Of a DNA stretch of 64,000 nt, positions 58,757-64,000 are shown in pieces (the stretch's first letter is position 1; every line of letters begins with the position of its first letter). The notes under the pieces were generated by a model that saw only the letters and a program-made list of their open reading frames with translations, was not told the origin of the DNA and searched no databases. This DNA is from Felis catus (lineage: Eukaryota): NCBI RefSeq assembly GCF_018350175.1, contig NC_058368.1, positions 7,378,001 to 7,442,000 on the forward strand, given 5' to 3'. Made by a program: the position numbers and the translations under genes.

Positions 58757-59477
58757 CTTAAATAAGTTACTACATGTGCCTAGCACACAGCATTAAATTC
58801 CGGGCAATTGATTAAACTGAATAGCATTCTGTAAGTCTAGCTCAACAAAGAATCAAGAAACTCCAGAGAAAGCTCCACCCAAATAAAGAAAAAGACACTG
58901 GAAATTTGAGATGGATAATCTCGGAACCTGACCCTTTAACGATGTTTTAGGTTGAGGTCCTAAGACAAGATAGTAAGCTGGAGAGGCTCCTAGGTTGTTC
59001 CCAATTTATGCTTTAATCTTTAATATGTAGCAAAAGCTTAGGGACGTGTTTGCGTCTAGGATACAAACTAGACAGGACAGAAGTGATCTCTTCCTGCCGT
59101 CCTAGACTAGAGCCAGCTAACAGGAACTCTAAGGTTTGTTATGAACGGCTCCGTGGGATTAGCCTTATACTTCATAGCTGGAGAAGTAAAAGAAAGTGAC
59201 TTTTCTTAGGAATTCGGTTTATTCACGAATTCTACATTGTTAGCTGGAAATAGGACTTCTCTCTGAAGCACAGGGTCTACTCAGAGCAGATCCGCTAATA
59301 AACAATCCCCCGTGGATTCTGTTTCATTTGCTTCCCTTTTTGCGTGACCTGCTATACGGGAGACATTCACCCGGTGCCCCAAAATGGCAAAGAGATCTGT
59401 ACAATTACAAGAACAATTACTCAAGCAATTAGCGACAGATGCAATGCTCTTTGTGGGAATTGAGAACCAGGGTTCTT

Positions 59478-60003
59478 GCTCTTCCTCGGCGCTGCCTGCG
59501 GAGGTGGTGGCCATGTGTGACTCGGCATCATGGTGGCCCTCAGACCTCTGGTGAAGCCCAAGGTCGTTAAAAAGAGGACCAAGAAGGTCATCCGGCACCA
59601 TTCCCACCGACGTGTCAAAATAAAGCACAACTGGGAGAAGCCCAGAGATACTGACAATAGGGTGCGCAGAAGATTCGAGGGCCAGATCCTGATGCCCAGC
59701 CTGGTTGGTTAGGGGAACAACAAGAAAACAAAGCACGTGTCGCCCAGTGGCTTCCGGAAGTTCCTAGTCCACAGCGTCAAGGAGCTTGAAGTGCTGCCCA
59801 TGCCCAACAGATCTTACTGTGCAGAGATTTCTCACGGTGTCTCCAACAAGAACCACAAAGCCAGTGTGGAAAGAGCGGCCCAGCCGGCCATCAGCGTCAC
59901 AAATCCCAATGCCAGCTGCGCGGCGAAGAAAGAGAATAGACAGCTTGTGTGCGTGTCGTATTTGTGTTAATAAAACCATAAAACTACAAAAAAAAAAAAA
60001 AAA
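59478..60003 (+). pseudogene. RPL32: Processed pseudogene of 60S ribosomal protein L32 (eL32)
   Basis: ORFs [42 protein letters not shown] and [25 protein letters not shown] match RPL32. Intronless; pyrimidine (TOP) start CTCTTCCTC at 59479; ATG 59530; premature TAG 59710-59712; frameshift near the C-terminus; AATAAA 59969; poly(A) 59988-60003; TSD CAGGGTTCTT at 59468-59477 and 60004-60013. Confidence 0.97.
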
Positions 60004-61780
60004 CAGGGTTCTTTCGAAGATGAGGAGAACTAACCAAATGGCGAGGACATCATCTTTGGAACCGTACGTGACCTCAAGACACGGTGATCCATTGGCTTCT
60101 CTATGCCTCTACTCTTCTCAGTACCAGGCGGAGAAATACTCAACCTCCTGCCAGGGTTAAGGGCATCACTAAGAAAATCCCAACGCAGCTCCCACAAGAA
60201 TTGAGGTGTCTTGACAGCTGCCTTCTCTGAGAACCCCGCTCTTCCTCTCGCCCCTTCCGATCGTCCACAATGTAATGAGGACGCGGCCATCATCAATCAC
60301 CTGCTCGCTGTGGCTCTGTGAAACCGCTAACCCAAATACTTGGCTGAACAAAACTGGGGCTATGTGAGTGGACGTGAGAGTGATGACCACAGGACTCCAC
60401 GGGACTCTTAAAACCAATCTGCTCCACTCTCTATGGCATACCACAGAATTTCAGCCTTAGACAAGTTCTCTGCTCTCGCTCTCTCTCTTCCAGCGCCTTG
60501 TTTTTGCCTTGGGGGACGTTTTTGAGCCAAAGGCTTTCAGAGAACGAGAAGTTGAGAGCAGATGTGCCCAATGAAAAGTTGGGATGTGTCCGAGGTTTGC
60601 TCTGGTAACAATGAGGAAGGGGGAGCGTGTGTTGAGAGGACTGAGCGGCCACCGAGGTCTCCCCTGTCCGCGGGTTTATTGCTTTATGCTGCCACCTGGC
60701 TGATCACTGAGCTGCAGGCTCCTACTGCAGAGCAAGAAAGACGAGACAGAGCATTTACACGGGCAGGACTCAAAAACAAGTTTCCTGATAGGCACCTCGC
60801 CAGACAACTCAGACCAGCCTCATGAGAGGCACTGTGATCCACAAGGCGGAAACAGGTACTAATTCTAAAGGCCGGGCTTAAAGGTCAGGGGTTCGCTCAT
60901 CAGTTGGAAAACTCTTTAGAGGAGACCGGTTCTGTTTCAAACCCACCGTGTTTTGTTCTTTAGATCTATCAACACTTCCTATTGACATCCTCAGTTAAGA
61001 TGTTCCACACATTCATCTTCATGGTCCCTGAGTTAAGAGAACGCCCTCATGCCTGCAGAAATCATCTTTGCTTCCAGTGATGTCAGGGTCAAAGACAAAA
61101 GGAACAGGTGTGCAGTGAACGACTTGGGCTGGACAATCCATGCCAAAAGAAGGCCTCACCCACATTCCTGCATCCCGCCACCCAGGAGAGAATACACACA
61201 GCTCGCATTTACTGAGGGCATGCTCTGTCTCAGGCAGCGTGCCAAGTGCTTTATCAATACTTAAGGAATGAACAGCGGCCCCGGGACAAGATGTGGAAGG
61301 AGTAGAGATCTGTCCCAGGCTGAGCACACGGACTGAGAAGAAAACTCCCTGGAGGGCAAGTACACGGTGGGTGTCAAGGTAGGTGCCAGCTCACAGACTG
61401 GCCTGTGGGCACTTGGGGGCACTTGTAAGCATGTGAGCCCATGAAGGACTTCCAGAAAACGAGATAGAAAGGGAGGCATCTCAAAAGTGAGGCCAGAGGT
61501 CCTGCAAGATTCAAACAGAAGTCTAGGTTATTGACATTAATTGCCTTCCCCTGCACCCGTTGACCCGAAAGCCATAATATTCGGGTTACAGGTACATCAT
61601 TTTTAATCCTTTCAAGGGAGGGGTGATCATTCCACTTTTACTATAGAAAGCTAAAGTGCTGAGAACTCATGAAATCTTGCGATGCTCACCAAGATGCACC
61701 TAGGATGCGGTGAATAGGTACAAAGCAAGGACAAATCATTCTTAGCGCCATGAGTGCCAACGTTAAAAAATGTATTAAAC

Positions 61781-61995
61781 GGGGGCGCCTAGGTGACTCA
61801 GTCGGTTAAGCGTCCCACTTCGGCTCAGGTCATGATCTCGCGGTTTGTGAGTTCTAGCCCCGCGTTGGGCTCTGTGCTGATGGCTCAGAGCCTGGAGCCT
61901 GCTTCGGATTCTGTGTCTCCCTCTCTCTCTGCCCCTCCCCCACTCATGCTCTGTCTCTCTCTGTCTTTCAATAATAAATAAATGTTTAAAAAAAA
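61781..61995 (+). mobile_element. CanSINE
   Basis: Full body, AATAAA, A tail. Confidence 0.95.
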
Positions 61996-62211
61996 TATTA
62001 ATGTATGAAACATACAATGTCCAATGTGCCAAAAGCCATGAGAAATTTTGGTGACACCAATATAAATAAGTATTTATCCCTGCCCTTAAAGGTTTGTAAT
62101 CTAGATGGGAGAGAATAGGAGGATGTCCCAGAGGCTATGACATAATTACCAGTGGTTCCTTCATTTGACTTGATTCTTATTATCTGGATGGATCAGGGGT
62201 TGGAGACCACA

Positions 62212-62402
62212 CTAGTTATGATTAGATACAGCTGCATGTAATAGAAAGTTCAAATAATAAAAATGATAAATATTTATCTTTCACTCACATAAAATACGTA
62301 GGCAGCTCCTTGACCTTCAGGGACCCAGGCTCCTCCCATCTTTCTGCTCTATTCCCAGGATGAAGTTTCTATCTTAAAGATCATTTAATGATCCAAGATA
62401 GA
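62212..62402 (-). mobile_element. MLT1J-like LTR fragment
   Basis: GCTGCATGTAATAGAAA..CAGGGACCCAGGCTCCTCCCATCTTTCTGCTCT. Confidence 0.6.
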
Positions 62403-62674
62403 TACAGAAAACGCCTGACTTGCAAGGACCACCCCCCTCCACTTACCTCTTCAAAAATGTTTGTTTCCAGGGATACATCTATAATCCTGGTTTCTCTTTA
62501 CACTCCCCAGCGCCAAGCCCATCCATCCTAAGACTAAAGCTACCGTGTTTGCATACATAAGTTCCAAATCTCTCTTTCCATCCCTCATCTCTCTACTGAA
62601 CTTTAGAACCACATCTTCATCCTGGGACACCAGCAGAATGCTCTGAGGCTAAGGATTAAAATGCAACACATCAT

Positions 62675-62777
62675 GGTTGCCTGGCTGGTTCAGGTGGTAG
62701 AGTGTGGGACTCTTGATCTCAGGGTCCTAAGTTCAAGCCCTACCTTGAGGGCAGAGTTTACTTTGAAAAACAAAATG
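62675..62777 (+). mobile_element. Short old CanSINE
   Basis: TSD AAATGCAACAC at 62659 and 62778. Confidence 0.9.
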
Positions 62778-62953
62778 AAATGCAACACTTCCCAAACGTG
62801 GAGGTAATGTTGTGCCTCCCCAAGCAAAAGTGGGTCCTGCTCTTGAGGTCCCTGTCTCTGCATTTGGTATCGCTACCATTTATTCCCTCAAACAAGCAAC
62901 CCAAGCATTCATCCACGTGTTTGGTGCCCTCTGTCTTTCATGCCCTTCCCCTC

Positions 62954-62956
<3 letters not shown>

Positions 62957-62995
<39 letters not shown>
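62957..62995. repeat. (CA)n microsatellite
   Basis: Seen directly. Confidence 0.95.
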
Positions 62996-62997
<2 letters not shown>

Positions 62998-63291
62998 CTA
63001 ATTGGTCTCACCAATTTTCCCAAAGATTCTCTTCAAATTCTCCCAAAGATTTCTCTTTTCTTATCTTCCTGTCTCCTCTCCAGCTCTCAGGTGGTCATTC
63101 TCCATCACTTGAACTGATTTTCTCTTTGCCTGTTTCCCTACCTTTGTTCATTCAATAATTCAGTAAATGGGTCATTTGCAAGCCAACTCTCCGTTGGATC
63201 CTGCTCTGGCCCCTTCTCTGGCCCCATCTATAAGACTTCCTACTGCTTCCAGTAATATTTCTTAAGTTCCTTGGCTTAAAATCTCTGAATA

Positions 63292-63505
63292 GGGGCACCT
63301 GGGTGGCTCAGTCGGTTAAACGTCCAACTTTGGCTCAGGTCGTGATCTCTCGGTTCACGAGCTCAAGCCCTGCGTTGGGTTCTGTGCTGACAGCTCAGAG
63401 CCTGCAGCCTGCTTCAGATTCTAGGTCTCCCTCTCTCTCTGCCCCTCCCCGACTTGTGCTCTGTCTTTCTCTCTCTCTCTCTCAAAACAGATAAACGTTT
63501 TTTTA
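63292..63505 (+). mobile_element. CanSINE
   Basis: TSD AAAATCTCTGA(A/G)TAGG. Confidence 0.95.
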
Positions 63506-64000
63506 AAAATCTCTGAGTAGGATCAAGCTCAAATCTGTTAGCAGGGCCCTTTGCACCTTAACCTCCAGTACCACTCACACGCATGTCTAGGCACTACTCC
63601 CTCTCCGCCCTCCTCCACTCCTGGCTCCCGGGTACATTCACTATGCCCTGGCGGTGGACCAGGCGGATGGACCAGGCGCTGTCCCGCCCCCTTGCCCGAG
63701 TGAACAGACTGCTCTCTCCTGGGAGAGTTGCCTGAGTCAGTACTGGCCTGCTCAGGGGAATTCTTCTTTGCAAGGAGAATTTCCCCCTTCATTGCCTCAA
63801 CCCAGAAAAAGCAGAAATAGTCGCTAATAATTCCAGAGCATATAACACATTGCCTCTCTTTCTAACTATCCCCATCTCCGGCACACGATGAAAACACCTA
63901 GATGGTGAACCCTAGCCTTGACCTACCAATAGGTTCATCCAACCCCTGTATTGGTCCATCCAACCCCTGCAGTGCAGTACCCCAAACTGCCTTGAATGGG

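Larger units (their letters stand above)
62540..63280 (+). mobile_element. L2 fragments (interrupted by SINE and (CA)n)
   Basis: CCAAATCTCT..CTCTACTGAACTTTAGA; GGTATCGCTACCATTTATTC pyrimidine-rich L2-like sequence. Confidence 0.5.

Noticed and set aside
59281..59736. 151-aa minus ORF
   Set aside because: Largely the antisense shadow of the RPL32 pseudogene.
1..64000. A novel multi-gene system, CRISPR array or endogenous viral ORF
   Set aside because: No regular repeat-spacer array and no ORF resembling viral, Cas or enzyme families beyond decayed L1. The recurring ~200-bp repeats are dispersed CanSINEs with individual TSDs.

Overview
This is mammalian non-coding DNA, almost certainly from a felid (cat family), since it is full of feliform CanSINEs (SINEC_Fc-type) and carnivore L1 ends. 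I found no credible intact protein-coding gene or RNA gene. The ORF-track entries mostly come from SINEs, LINEs, microsatellites or chance. The one clearly recognisable gene-derived sequence is a full-length RPL32 processed pseudogene (59478-60003). The rest comprises about 44 CanSINE copies (many nested), several L1 relics including a ~7.5 kb ancient L1 with both ends, MaLR/ERVL LTRs, MIR/L2 fragments, hAT MITEs and long simple repeats. Repeat-poor blocks carry clustered transcription-factor motifs. The best is a PBX-HOX/MEIS/TCF cluster at ~53.7-54.3 kb, consistent with an intron or gene desert near a developmental gene. I cannot support a new biological system. The most interesting signals are candidate enhancers/CTCF sites and several micro-rearrangement scars. 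Repeat subfamily names are from remembered consensus sequences, not a search, and boundaries of old repeats are approximate.
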